DNA of 63,197 nucleotides, the filler included, from Licmophora abbreviata (taxonomy: Eukaryota): NCBI GenBank assembly GCA_900291995.1. It is 8 parts of 8 records of this genome, joined end to end, with 100 filler letters (N's around TTAATTAATTAA, not from the genome) between each part and the next. Parts side by side here need not be neighbours in the genome. Positions count along the whole stretch, not along the records: positions 41,890 to 54,419 come from OLMU01000406.1; positions 54,520 to 63,197 come from OLMU01000408.1; 6 more parts are not named here. The stretch is one strand, 5' to 3'. How positions within the stretch are numbered: position 1 is the stretch's first letter; each line of letters opens with the position of its first letter. The translations under genes were made by a program, and so were the position numbers. The notes under the pieces are model-generated. The model ran no database searches, was not told the origin of the DNA, and was given only the letters and a program-made list of their open reading frames with translations. Shown one piece after another: positions 46,079 to 55,866 of this stretch.

Positions 46079-47344
46079 ATGATCGGCTGGGTCTATTGGC
46101 TCTCCATTGCGCTCTACGTCTCTGGTTTCGTTTACTTTACGTACTATTGCATCATGTCCGACCCAGAGGACTCCAAGATGGCCGATTTCTGGACTCGACG
46201 AGTCCCAAGCATGCTTTCATCGCGGCTGTCACGATTCATTGGATCCAAGAATGTCCAGCGGCTGGAGGTGCTGTCGGAATATACTCTGCAGCTCGTGTAC
46301 TTGGTGGTGGTCTTGGGGGCCTGGTCTGTCATTTTTGCCCATGTGTACCCGTGGGTGCGGGAATCGGAGCACGTTCCCACCTACCACCTTACCATTGGCG
46401 TTGGAGTCTTCCTTGCGTGCATGACTAGCTGGAGATATGCCTGCAACTCCTCTCCTGGTGTCATTACAGCCCGAAGCCTTGCCAAATTCGACAAGAACTA
46501 CTCCTACGATCACTTGTTGTTCGTACCGAACCGCATCTGTCCGACGGTCGGCATCCCGAAACTGGCGCGGTCCAAGTACGATCGCTTTTCCAAACTTCAC
46601 ATTGCACGATTCGATCATTTCTGCGGATGGCTGCACAATGCAGTCGGTCAAGAAAACTATCGCTTCTTCCTAGTCTTCCTGCTCGTCCATGTCCTCATGT
46701 GTATCTATGGAGTGGTCATTGTGTCGAAACTCTTTTGGGGAGAGATCCAGGAGAAGGAGTTACTGGAAGTGACTTTTTTCAATGTCCATACAGGAGAAGA
46801 GGTACAAGCAAGTTGGTATATTGTCGTGCAGTATCTGTTGGGGAGGCACTTTTGGATCGCCAGTGTCTGGTTTCTCATGGCCGTCATGTCATTGTGCCTG
46901 GGCGGGTTTTTGGGATTCCACGTGTGGATCACGTCGATTGGTATGACGACGAACGAATCGTACAAATGGGGACAAGTGAAAAAGTGGCACAAGCAAGAAC
47001 TGAGAAGTTACAAAGATGCCGTCAAGAATGGTCTCATCGTTCCGGTACAGGAGTCACTGACGCGTGGTGGTCCGGTTGTTAACGATGGCGACATTGGATG
47101 TACCGGGGCGATTGGAGAATCCAGCGCCACGAATAGTACTGAACCGCAAGATGAAGCCATTTCAGACCCAGGGCCGTACCCAAAGAACATTTACGACTTT
47201 GGGATGGTGGAGAACTGGAAGGACGTTCTGTTTCCTCGCTCTCTTCGGCCAGATGCGTTGGAACGATATCGTAAATCACTGAGAGATCAAAAGATCCCAG
47301 TCGCAAGAACGCCGGAAAACAATGGCAAGTCAAAGTCCACCTAG
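46079..47344 (+). CDS. DHHC-family palmitoyltransferase (Swf1/ZDHHC4-like) with DHFC variant motif
   Basis: SPGVIT, YSYD.LLF, PKLARSK, RFDHFCGW.HNAVG.ENYRFF, TTNESYKW, NIYDFGMVENWKDV. Confidence 0.9.
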   Translation: MIGWVYWLSIALYVSGFVYFTYYCIMSDPEDSKMADFWTRRVPSMLSSRLSRFIGSKNVQRLEVLSEYTLQLVYLVVVLGAWSVIFAHVYPWVRESEHVPTYHLTIGVGVFLACMTSWRYACNSSPGVITARSLAKFDKNYSYDHLLFVPNRICPTVGIPKLARSKYDRFSKLHIARFDHFCGWLHNAVGQENYRFFLVFLLVHVLMCIYGVVIVSKLFWGEIQEKELLEVTFFNVHTGEEVQASWYIVVQYLLGRHFWIASVWFLMAVMSLCLGGFLGFHVWITSIGMTTNESYKWGQVKKWHKQELRSYKDAVKNGLIVPVQESLTRGGPVVNDGDIGCTGAIGESSATNSTEPQDEAISDPGPYPKNIYDFGMVENWKDVLFPRSLRPDALERYRKSLRDQKIPVARTPENNGKSKST

Positions 47345-47420
47345 AGTAGTGCATTTTAATAATATATTCTATACTTACGATTCTAGAGAGGAGTGCGCCT
47401 TCGATTCGAAGAGCATCACA

Positions 47421-49268
47421 CTATCGCATGGTAGGCTTGCGGTATAGGACGACTTTCATTACGGCGCCGTCGTACACGGATCCGTGTTCCGGTCGTACGG
47501 ACGAAAGCCTCCCTCCCATGCTCTCCACCAACGATCGACTGATGTCGAGGCCGATACCCGACCCATCCACAGATGAGGATGTTTGTGCACTACGAAATCC
47601 CCGCTCAAAGATTGCTTCATCCTCTCCTGGGGGGATTCCAGGACCATTGTCTTCCACGACTAGCGAGACGCCGGGAGGTTCCGGATCTAGATTCCGTTCA
47701 AACCGTACACGAACACGGGGATGATATCTTTTGGCAGAGTCAGGTTTCGACAGCACGACGTACTTTAAGGCATTGTCGATGAGATTCGAGACTGCTTCTT
47801 GCAGCGACTTGCTGCAGATGGTGACCCCCGGCAACTCATCAGCGGACGTCTCCACATGAAAATCGATGCCGTAATCGGCAGCGATGGCGCGGAATGGAGA
47901 CAGGATCGGTTCGAGCACATCCGAGACGAAAGACATCTGAAGATCCAGGTCGCCCACGACAGAGGGTACGCGCTTCGATCGAGTATCGGAGGGCGTCTCT
48001 TCCTGCGCATCAGAGACTCTCCGAACGGGTCTTTTCTCCGGACGACCAAGTTCTACGGGGCGTTGCCGTGCCCCCGCTTTGGTATCCGACTTCGCTTTGT
48101 TCTCAGACTTCCTCGTAGGCTCGACACCTGTAATGTTATAGATCAGCTCATATCGCGCAAGCGCCGACGGTTCAGGATCCGGCGACGGCATCAAGTAGTT
48201 TGCATTTGTCGAGATCAAGGCGTCCATGGGCGTCAGCAAGTCGGCAACGCGGTCGCTCTGCACCATCAGGTGCCTTGCCAAGGCCAGCAGTTGCGGCGTC
48301 CCTCCGACTTGCAACTGGTCATCATCTTCGGTCTGTGCAATTTGTCGTTGCAGGAGCTTTCCATAGGTGCGAAGGGCTTGTATGGGGTTCTTAACTTGAT
48401 GCAGACTGTCGGAAAGGGACTGTCGGAATCGCTCCGATTGTGCCTGCAGCACAGTTCGTTCGGTATCCATCGACAGAGTCATGGACAGACTTTCTGCTGC
48501 TCGTGACACTTGATCCTTATCTCGATCGGTCCATTCCTCCCCGCGGATTTCAACCGTCGGCCACACCAGCAGTACTCCGACCGTTTGGGAGCCTGAAAAG
48601 AGAGGAACCGAGAGAGCTGACTTTCGAGTACGCCGATCACAGAGTACCTCTTCCACTTCGCCGATCGCTGCGGTATCACTGTCGCCAGAAGACGAAACCA
48701 TGGGATATCCAGGAAGTAAGCTTGCGGCATGCGTGAATCCAGGCAGTTTGGTGAGAGTTTTTGGCAACGAAGGTGCAACCCCCGACTGAGCGTCGCTGGC
48801 AATGAACACGCGCTCATCGAGCGGGTTCGGATACAAGACGGCAGGTAGAAATTCCAATTGACCTGTCTGAGAGTTCTCCTGTGGGAGATATAACGCCATG
48901 GATTTGATTTTACTGGCAGCGGTCTTGTCTGCAGGATCGTGCATGGTAAGAGAATGTGCCAGCAGCTCCAGTTGGGATTGAGCTAGCGAGACGAAGAGAG
49001 GCGATGGCATGGAAGGAATAGGCCTATACAGAGGCGATAGTTGATCCTGCGTGTCTTGCTCCACTTCCCAGTAGCTGTTCCCCTGAGCAGCAATTTGACT
49101 TCGAATTCGGACAAGCGGAGATACATGGAAAGAGGCGACGTGATCATATCTAGTGAACAGCAGCCACGTTGCTCCGCTGATACAGATTCGAAAGATCCAC
49201 ACGCGTCTCCTCATGGAAGACAAAGATCGTTCTCGAGCGCGCCGTCGATTCAGTCGCGGTTTCTTCAT
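47421..49268 (-). CDS. Sensor histidine kinase, chloroplast sensor kinase (CSK/Hik2)-like
   Basis: GAF-like ALSVPL...VGVLLVW; H-box LHQVKNPIQALRTYGKLL; N-box NLIDNALKY; G1 DNGPGI, F-box IFERGF, G2 GSGIGL; presequence with VASF motif. Confidence 0.88.
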   Translation of the reverse strand: MKKPRLNRRRARERSLSSMRRRVWIFRICISGATWLLFTRYDHVASFHVSPLVRIRSQIAAQGNSYWEVEQDTQDQLSPLYRPIPSMPSPLFVSLAQSQLELLAHSLTMHDPADKTAASKIKSMALYLPQENSQTGQLEFLPAVLYPNPLDERVFIASDAQSGVAPSLPKTLTKLPGFTHAASLLPGYPMVSSSGDSDTAAIGEVEEVLCDRRTRKSALSVPLFSGSQTVGVLLVWPTVEIRGEEWTDRDKDQVSRAAESLSMTLSMDTERTVLQAQSERFRQSLSDSLHQVKNPIQALRTYGKLLQRQIAQTEDDDQLQVGGTPQLLALARHLMVQSDRVADLLTPMDALISTNANYLMPSPDPEPSALARYELIYNITGVEPTRKSENKAKSDTKAGARQRPVELGRPEKRPVRRVSDAQEETPSDTRSKRVPSVVGDLDLQMSFVSDVLEPILSPFRAIAADYGIDFHVETSADELPGVTICSKSLQEAVSNLIDNALKYVVLSKPDSAKRYHPRVRVRFERNLDPEPPGVSLVVEDNGPGIPPGEDEAIFERGFRSAQTSSSVDGSGIGLDISRSLVESMGGRLSSVRPEHGSVYDGAVMKVVLYRKPTMR

Positions 49269-49623
49269 GCTCCGCTATAACTGGATGAAAGTACAGTGGA
49301 CTGTCCCTCCCGTTTCACCCAACGATTGCTTCTTGCCTTGTATCGTTGCTGCTGCTGTGTTTTCTTTGTCCGCTTGGGAGGTTCTCTCGTGTCTGTCACT
49401 TTTTGAATATCATGACAAATCAAGGTTTATGGAAAGTCATTCGAAAATATCCGCACCGTCTGTAATCCCACCAATCTACGCTCTCATCACTGTGCGTGTG
49501 GGCGCGCGGAGATCACAAACTTGAAAACGTCAGTGATGCATTCGATGATGAAGCATTCGACACATCACCCACATCTCAACTTGAATCTTCCATTCTATCG
49601 CAACACCCTTCAACATCACGACT

Positions 49624-50063
49624 ATGAAGACTTTCGCCACTCTCTCCTCTTGCTCGCTTCGGCGTCTGCCTTTGCCCCTGTTATCCCGCCGACTCGTAAC
49701 TCTGCGACGGCTTTGAACGCCGTGGAACTTGCCAATGGCGCCATGAGTTTCGATCGCGTCTGCCGCGAGTGGCGTTGCAAGTACACCGGAGACAAGACCG
49801 ATTCGGAGTCTCTCGAAGCAATTTCCAAGGTCGTTGATGAATACCTTCCCCAGATTAAGGAAGTGTCCAAGGATGCGACTGTGAATCGTCTTGTGTGCGG
49901 AGCATGCTTGGATTTCAAGCTCATGACCACCGTCCCTTTGGATGACTTTGGTCCGTGGGAGGAGAAAGGCTTCGAACCCGAGTCCGAGTTCCTTGAAAAG
50001 ATCAAGGCGATCGACGGTGTCTCCCAGGTCGAGACCCAGACAATCACCAACATGGTGATCTAA
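49624..50063 (+). CDS. Small plastid-targeted protein of unknown function with CxxC; apparent 1-base deletion near 49640-49647
   Basis: ATG at 49624 (MKTFATL) is one base out of frame with [11 protein letters not shown], a textbook ASAFAP motif; mature part [12 protein letters not shown]...[11 protein letters not shown]...VETQT. Confidence 0.85.
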
Positions 50064-50375
50064 GAAGTTTGGCGTTGCATGCATGGAGCTTTCTGTCACT
50101 ACGGCGACAAATTACCTGAGAGTCCAACCTTTGCTATAGCTAAAGGACTAAAGAGTGAAGCAAGATGATTTCTCTTTTGGAGTTTTACCGAAACATTTTA
50201 CGTAGAGAGACGCGCTCGGTGGAATGCAAGGCGACTACCGCAGTCATAATTGACAGTGAGGCGCCGCCCGCTTTCATTGTCTTCAACGTAAATCGCTCTT
50301 CCATGACGATTCCACACAACCACTAATAATCACAGCGGACTTGGATCCCCCGTTGACCCATACTCCATCAACTCT

Positions 50376-51550
50376 CTACGCTGCATAGCGAAGAGCACTG
50401 ATGGCCGCGTTCACAATCTCTGAAGGAGAGTTTTGCTTGGCGCTCGCCGAGCCCGGTGCCAACTTTGGCTCTGCCTTCTGATCCGCCAACGGGGTGGATG
50501 TCTGTTGCGGTCCCTGTGGCATCATGCTCGGATGTTGCTGCTGTGGCGACATGAAGCCCATTCCAGGTCCACCAGGTGGCATCGGGTACGGCATATACAT
50601 CGGCATCATGCCGGGACGTATCGGATACTGGAGTGCTGGACCCATAAACTGCCCTTGCATGGTCTTCTCGTGGTAGAGACGATCCAAGAGCATACGATTC
50701 TGTTCCGGGTCCATACCATGGAACGGCATGGGCTCCAATCCATCCTTTTTCTTGCTGCGCGCTGCTGTGGTGGAGCGCATCGTTGCCATGAGCTCCGCGT
50801 TGTCGCGTTGGAAGGCCTCGTTGCCAAAAATGACGGGATCGTCGGGTCCGATGCCACGGTTAACTTGGCGAAATCCCCATCGATAGAGCTTGCGAGTGAA
50901 ACTGGAGAACTTGGTGGCCTTGAAGTACTTTGGAATCACTTGGCGCGTAAAGGCGTCAGGGTCGTGAATGATAAAGGACCTGCCATCGGGCATCCACGCC
51001 ACGCAGAATCCCTTGGGCTGTTTGTCTGCAAAACGCATCATGGACATGAGCTGTCATGAGAGGGGAGAGGGACATGGTTAGGTATGAGCGAGAGAGAGAA
51101 GCACACAAGAATAGGCATCATCGTCGAATCATGGACGAAAATTGCGCGATCCTTTTGTCATGTGTGAATGTCATGATGTTTCCCAGTAGACCGCACGTGG
51201 ATTTGTACTGTGGGGGTACGATCCAATATGCCTCCTTGCCAGAACGACCATGGGATTCTTTTACGCACCTTTTCTGGGAACGTGAGGGCAGCGTCAGGCT
51301 TCTTGTGATCAGGGATGTAGCGTTTGGATTCGGGCGTGCCCTTTTCCGGTGCTTCAGAAGCCCCCTTGTCGTTGCTGGTCTCTGCGATCGTCTGCTCCGT
51401 GGTCTCGTTGTTGGACTCGTTTCCAGACTCGTCTTCGTCGCCAAGCGAGGTCAACGCACTTGCTGCAGCCATGATGCCGTGCAGCTTCTCTTTCTTCTTT
51501 CCGCCCTTTCCTCCTGTCGTGGTCTTTCCAGTGGCTTTGGATGCTGCCAT
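50376..51550 (-). CDS. Heat shock factor (HSF)-type transcription factor; intron 51051-51268
   Basis: TFPEK|LMSMM, WMPDGRSF, PKYFKATKFSSFTRKLYRWGF DNA-binding domain. Confidence 0.95.
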
Positions 51551-52282
51551 GGTGCTCTCACACTCACTCTGCTGGAGGATTGTGAAGAGGAGCGTGTGTG
51601 GTGAAGTGACTCTCGCGCCGCTATCATGACAGAAGTGGGAGGTCGATGCCACGCACAAGCCTACAGAGGAATCAGTATGCCTGCCTCGACACCATCTTGA
51701 TATTCTGTTATTCAGCCACAAAGTATCAGTACTTAATCCCGTTTTGTCTGTTGAAAGGGAGTGCATCTGTCATTGCAAAATATGAATATACGAACCTTGA
51801 GATAGAACACTTATCTTTCAAACCCGAGAAACAATTTGGTTCACGCGAGCTCCACAAAAAGAATCGCGCAGCCAATATCACGCGATGCGACAGGGCATGT
51901 TATGCCCCTAATTTGATTCATGCTATGCCCCTTTCAACGCTGCCACCTAATTGTTCACGAATATGCTACCAACATATGGGCCTGGAGTCTTTCTAATACA
52001 GTAGCACTACTTTAGAGTGCCCTTGGACATTTGTACCTGTTGTCGTTGTCTAACGTACACATTTGCGTTACCATGGTTGAGATAGCTGGCTTAGGAACTC
52101 GACTCACTGTGGCATTGCGACCTTCTAAAAAGAATGTAGTCTGTATTGAGAATACTGATTTGGGGGGAAACGCGCCTGGTTAAAGTCAAGCGTCCAAACT
52201 GCTAGAGAACTAGGGGCTTACTCGTAATTACAGAAGATAAACTGAAAAAAGCAATGATACACCATGACGAGCGCAATAACGT

Positions 52283-52612
52283 TCACCGTCGTCTGCTATT
52301 TTCCGGAAAAACCTTCGGATTGTTCTCTGCCATTAACGTAAGGTACTTCTGAAGCTGTTCCTGCTGTTCGGCAGTGAGGGGCGGTACTCGAGACTCACGA
52401 TCGTTCTGCGACCACTCCGCGAATTCGTGTGCTTCCTGCAAATGCTTCGTCGCCTTCAAATGTGTCCGGTCCATATCTTCAATGATGACTCCTCGTGAAA
52501 ACACAAAGTAGTATGTCTTGACGACAGTGCCACAAATGACGACCCCGCTGCCGATCGCCCATGCACGCCGTGTTGTTCGAGGAATTTTCCTCCACCAACA
52601 AGAAAACGACAT
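52283..52612 (-). CDS. Small single-TM hypothetical protein
   Basis: 109-aa ATG-started ORF with one hydrophobic segment. Confidence 0.6.
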   Translation of the reverse strand: MSFSCWWRKIPRTTRRAWAIGSGVVICGTVVKTYYFVFSRGVIIEDMDRTHLKATKHLQEAHEFAEWSQNDRESRVPPLTAEQQEQLQKYLTLMAENNPKVFPENSRRR

Positions 52613-52930
52613 TGTTCTCCGTCACGAAGGGAACGATCGACTCAAAAAGATGGACAGGACAATGGCATTTCTAAGTTGCCTTGTAATGCGAGGAGTAATC
52701 AGCGCTCATGGCGCCATTTAAATGTCGCAACAGACTATCGCATAGTGCCATGGTGATGCGGTGTTGTCGTCGTGGCCAACCGGAGTCAGTCGCATCGTCA
52801 CGTCGCGTGGAGTCAGAGCAGTCTGGCTTCCACCCGTCTCATGACTGAAGCTCGTGACTGACGTACTTGGCTGCAATCTCGATTTCAAAACTATCGACTG
52901 CGACGCTCTCCATGAAACGCTGCGACGACA

Positions 52931-53941
52931 ATGGTCTTGTGTTGGCGCGTATCGTTGCTGTTGGCAGCGTTCGGAACTCTCCATACTTATACGGTGGGGA
53001 TTACGGTTCGGAGAGCTCATCATCACGTTTCTCGCGGTCGTTCTATTTTGCGAGCCTCGGAATCGCGAACAATCCCAGACGATGCAACTCTCGACACCGT
53101 GCTGGACACGGCCAAGACGGCCGCTATGGCAGCCGGAAGCATCATTCTCGATAATCTGGGAGCTCCGACGACCGAGTTTGAGGAAAAGACGAGCATCAAG
53201 GATATTGTGACGGTATTCGACCGCCAAGCTCAAGATGAGATCGAGAGCACGGTCCGGGATCGGCATCCAGACCATGCATTCCTCGGAGAGGAAAATGTGG
53301 CGCCTGGGAGCGAAGCCTCCGCGGCGGCACTGATTGAAATTCTCAAAGACAATGATTGGGTTTGGGTGTGCGATCCAATCGATGGAACGGCAAACTTTGC
53401 GAGTGGGCTGCCACTTTGCGGTGTATGCATTGCAGTCGCATACAAGGGGACAACGGTTTGCAGCGTCATTTTCGACCCGCACCGAGACGAGCTCTTTTCT
53501 GCAATCAAGGGACGCGGGGCATTCATGAATGGCGACCGCTTCCAGACAGGAAGTGTTACCCGTATGAGAGACGCAATTATCAATGCTGGCTACCCTGCTG
53601 ATCCCAACGCCCTCGCGGCGTCGATGCGTGGGATGAAGGCCCTGTCGAACCAGTCGCGTGGGATAAGGCTCATTGCGTGCTCTGCCCTGACCACGGCCTG
53701 GATTGCGTGTGGTCGATTGACTGCTCACTTCGGATACGACCTCTCTAGCTGGGATCTAGCTGCCGGTGCACTCCTTATTCAAGAGGCAGGCGGACGTGTG
53801 ACGGGTCTTGATGGTAGCAAATATACTCTGGAAACGAGAAGTATGCTCTGCAGCAACGGAAAGGTCCACGATGAGATACTGGAGGCACTGACACAAGCCG
53901 ATGCAGTCTCGTTCAAGAAGAAGGAAGGAACGTCATTGTAG
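52931..53941 (+). CDS. Inositol monophosphatase family protein with N-terminal presequence
   Basis: DIVTVFD, FLGEE, WVCDPIDGTANF, WDLAAG.LLIQEAGG. Confidence 0.95.
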   Translation: MVLCWRVSLLLAAFGTLHTYTVGITVRRAHHHVSRGRSILRASESRTIPDDATLDTVLDTAKTAAMAAGSIILDNLGAPTTEFEEKTSIKDIVTVFDRQAQDEIESTVRDRHPDHAFLGEENVAPGSEASAAALIEILKDNDWVWVCDPIDGTANFASGLPLCGVCIAVAYKGTTVCSVIFDPHRDELFSAIKGRGAFMNGDRFQTGSVTRMRDAIINAGYPADPNALAASMRGMKALSNQSRGIRLIACSALTTAWIACGRLTAHFGYDLSSWDLAAGALLIQEAGGRVTGLDGSKYTLETRSMLCSNGKVHDEILEALTQADAVSFKKKEGTSL

Positions 53942-53964
53942 CAGAATACCTGATACTTATGCTC

Positions 53965-54713
53965 TTATAGTAACGGATTGCGATGCCATTGAACCAGCCT
54001 ATCAAATTCCATCCATTGTACATTCACGTCACTTTCTTCCTCAGCACCTGTGACACACACACAAGCACACCCAACGAAACTACGATTGTCGTCGTCGTGG
54101 TCATCATCCCCACTCGCCAGCGGTACAAAGAAGAAGTCACATCCTGTCTCGCGTTGTTTCTCCACATATTCCTCGATCCCCTCGTTATCATAATGTATCA
54201 CGGACGCACGAGAACGCAAAGTAGATCCTTCTCGTAGTACTTTCGTCGCAAGTCCCCCCGGAGGATCCTCCAAGGAACCCAAGTGAATCTTGAAGGACGA
54301 AAAGGGTGCCTCCATTCCCACCCCCAGAGCCTTGGTATATGCCTCCTTGGTGGCCCATCGGAGATAGAACTCTTGGAGCAGCAACGCCTTGTCGTCATTG
54401 ATTTGGTTGCAATGAATACNNNNNNNNNNNNNNNNNNNNNNNNNNNNNNNNNNNNNNNNNNNNTTAATTAATTAANNNNNNNNNNNNNNNNNNNNNNNNN
54501 NNNNNNNNNNNNNNNNNNNCTTCTTCTCGAACTATCGAGAGGCTTCGTGTCATCTCGCGTGTCTTGAGCGGACGACGGTGGACTGATACAACAGGAAAGT
54601 ACTCGTTCCGCCAGTTCTTCCACGATATGTCCGTCGTTGTCCTTGCGCAGACTGGAAGACAGATCCACGAGTGTCAACTCAATCGTAATTGGAAAAGTAC
54701 GGATGTGCGACAT
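53965..54713 (-). CDS. Sfp/AASDHPPT-type 4'-phosphopantetheinyl transferase; middle lost in gap 54420-54519
   Basis: [18 protein letters not shown] is the PPTase WxxKEAxxKAxG motif; the N-terminal segment is assigned by position only. Confidence 0.8.
54420..54519. other. Scaffold gap with linker
   Basis: N block with TTAATTAATTAA. Confidence 0.98.
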
Positions 54714-54898
54714 GACTCGACTCGAGGTGATGGAGGAACGTTTAGATGACGATCCGCGTCTTGCACGTGTCTCTCTGGATGGCGTCGGGACAAAGTCACA
54801 CGCGCGTCTCTCATCGCAGCACACACACACCGCGCGATGCACCACACAACACCAACACCAACACCAACTACAACAACACTACTACTACAACTGTACAC

Positions 54899-55692
54899 AT
54901 GTTTCGAAAGTTCGATCCCTCCCACGACGTGTCCACGTCCACGCAAGTCAAGGCTTCGGTGCAGCGTGCCATCAAGGCTCAAATTGCCGACGCTCATCCT
55001 GCCTTGAGCGAACACGTACTGGACGAACTCCTTCCGAAGAAACCTCCACTGGTACAATACAAAGTAGGCCCTCATCTGATGTTGTACTGTCGACAAGTGG
55101 AACGAGGAGACGAATCGACCAGCACTACTACTAAGAATGCCAATGAACCCATGTTCTTCCAACAGCGGGATGGACCCATTCTGCCGACGCTCAAAATGGT
55201 GCACCAGTATACTACTACTACTACTTCTGCTACTGATGATTGTTCCTTGAAACTCACGTCGGTGACAGTCGACAAGGGTGCGATTCCATTCATCTTGGGA
55301 GGAGCGCACATCATGTGTCCCGGTCTCACGAATCCAGGAGCGGAAATGCCACCCGACGGGCTGCAGCAGGACGAACACGGATTTGACGCGCCGGGGCTTG
55401 CCCGGGGAGCTGGGATTGTCATACGCGCAGAGGGGAAGGAACATGCAATCGCAGTGGGAGTCATGACCATGAGCAGTGCTGAAATGTAAGTTAGGGGAGC
55501 TATGGAAGTGTTGTAATGGGAGGTAGTGGGAATGTCTGCATTCATCGTGATGTCGCTCAACGTTTTGATGCGTCTCCATGATGATCGTCTCGTTCCTTCG
55601 TCTCGTGCAGTCGCGAGAAGAACAAGGGCATCGGTATTGAAGTGGCGCATTATTTAGGAGATGGCCTTTATCAGACGGACGAAATTGTTTGA
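54899..55692 (+). CDS. MCTS1: MCTS1/Tma20 PUA-domain translation reinitiation factor; intron 55486-55610
   Basis: MFRKF...VKASVQRAIK, PTLKMVHQY, VDKGAIPFILGGAHIMCPGLT, AEGKEHAIAVG, NKGIGIE..HYLGDGL. Confidence 0.95.
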
Positions 55693-55866
55693 TAGTCTAC
55701 CGAGTGATAATGTAGACGCGTTTGGGTGCTACAGTAATGATGGACATAGCGGTGAACTCTTTCTAAACATATCGTACATAAAACGGACACTCGACTCTAT
55801 ATTTCATGTGTATTATCATTCTATTATTCTCTAGTTTGGTCTTTGGTTCGCATTGGCAGCGCTACA

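Noticed and set aside
51650..52280. Possible ncRNA in long intergenic stretches (also 13750-14250 and 25850-26110)
   Set aside because: No tRNA cloverleaf, snRNA or convincing snoRNA box arrangement recognised by eye; an Infernal/Rfam scan would be needed
52718..53728. 336-aa antisense ORF over the inositol monophosphatase
   Set aside because: Shadow ORF with no recognisable protein features
2519..54519. Seven identical TTAATTAATTAA motifs flanked by N runs as a dispersed repeat or element
   Set aside because: Artificial six-frame-stop scaffolding linker of constant 100-bp design; not biological
54674..55579. 301-aa antisense ORF over MCTS1
   Set aside because: Shadow ORF crossing an intron and repeat tracts of the real gene
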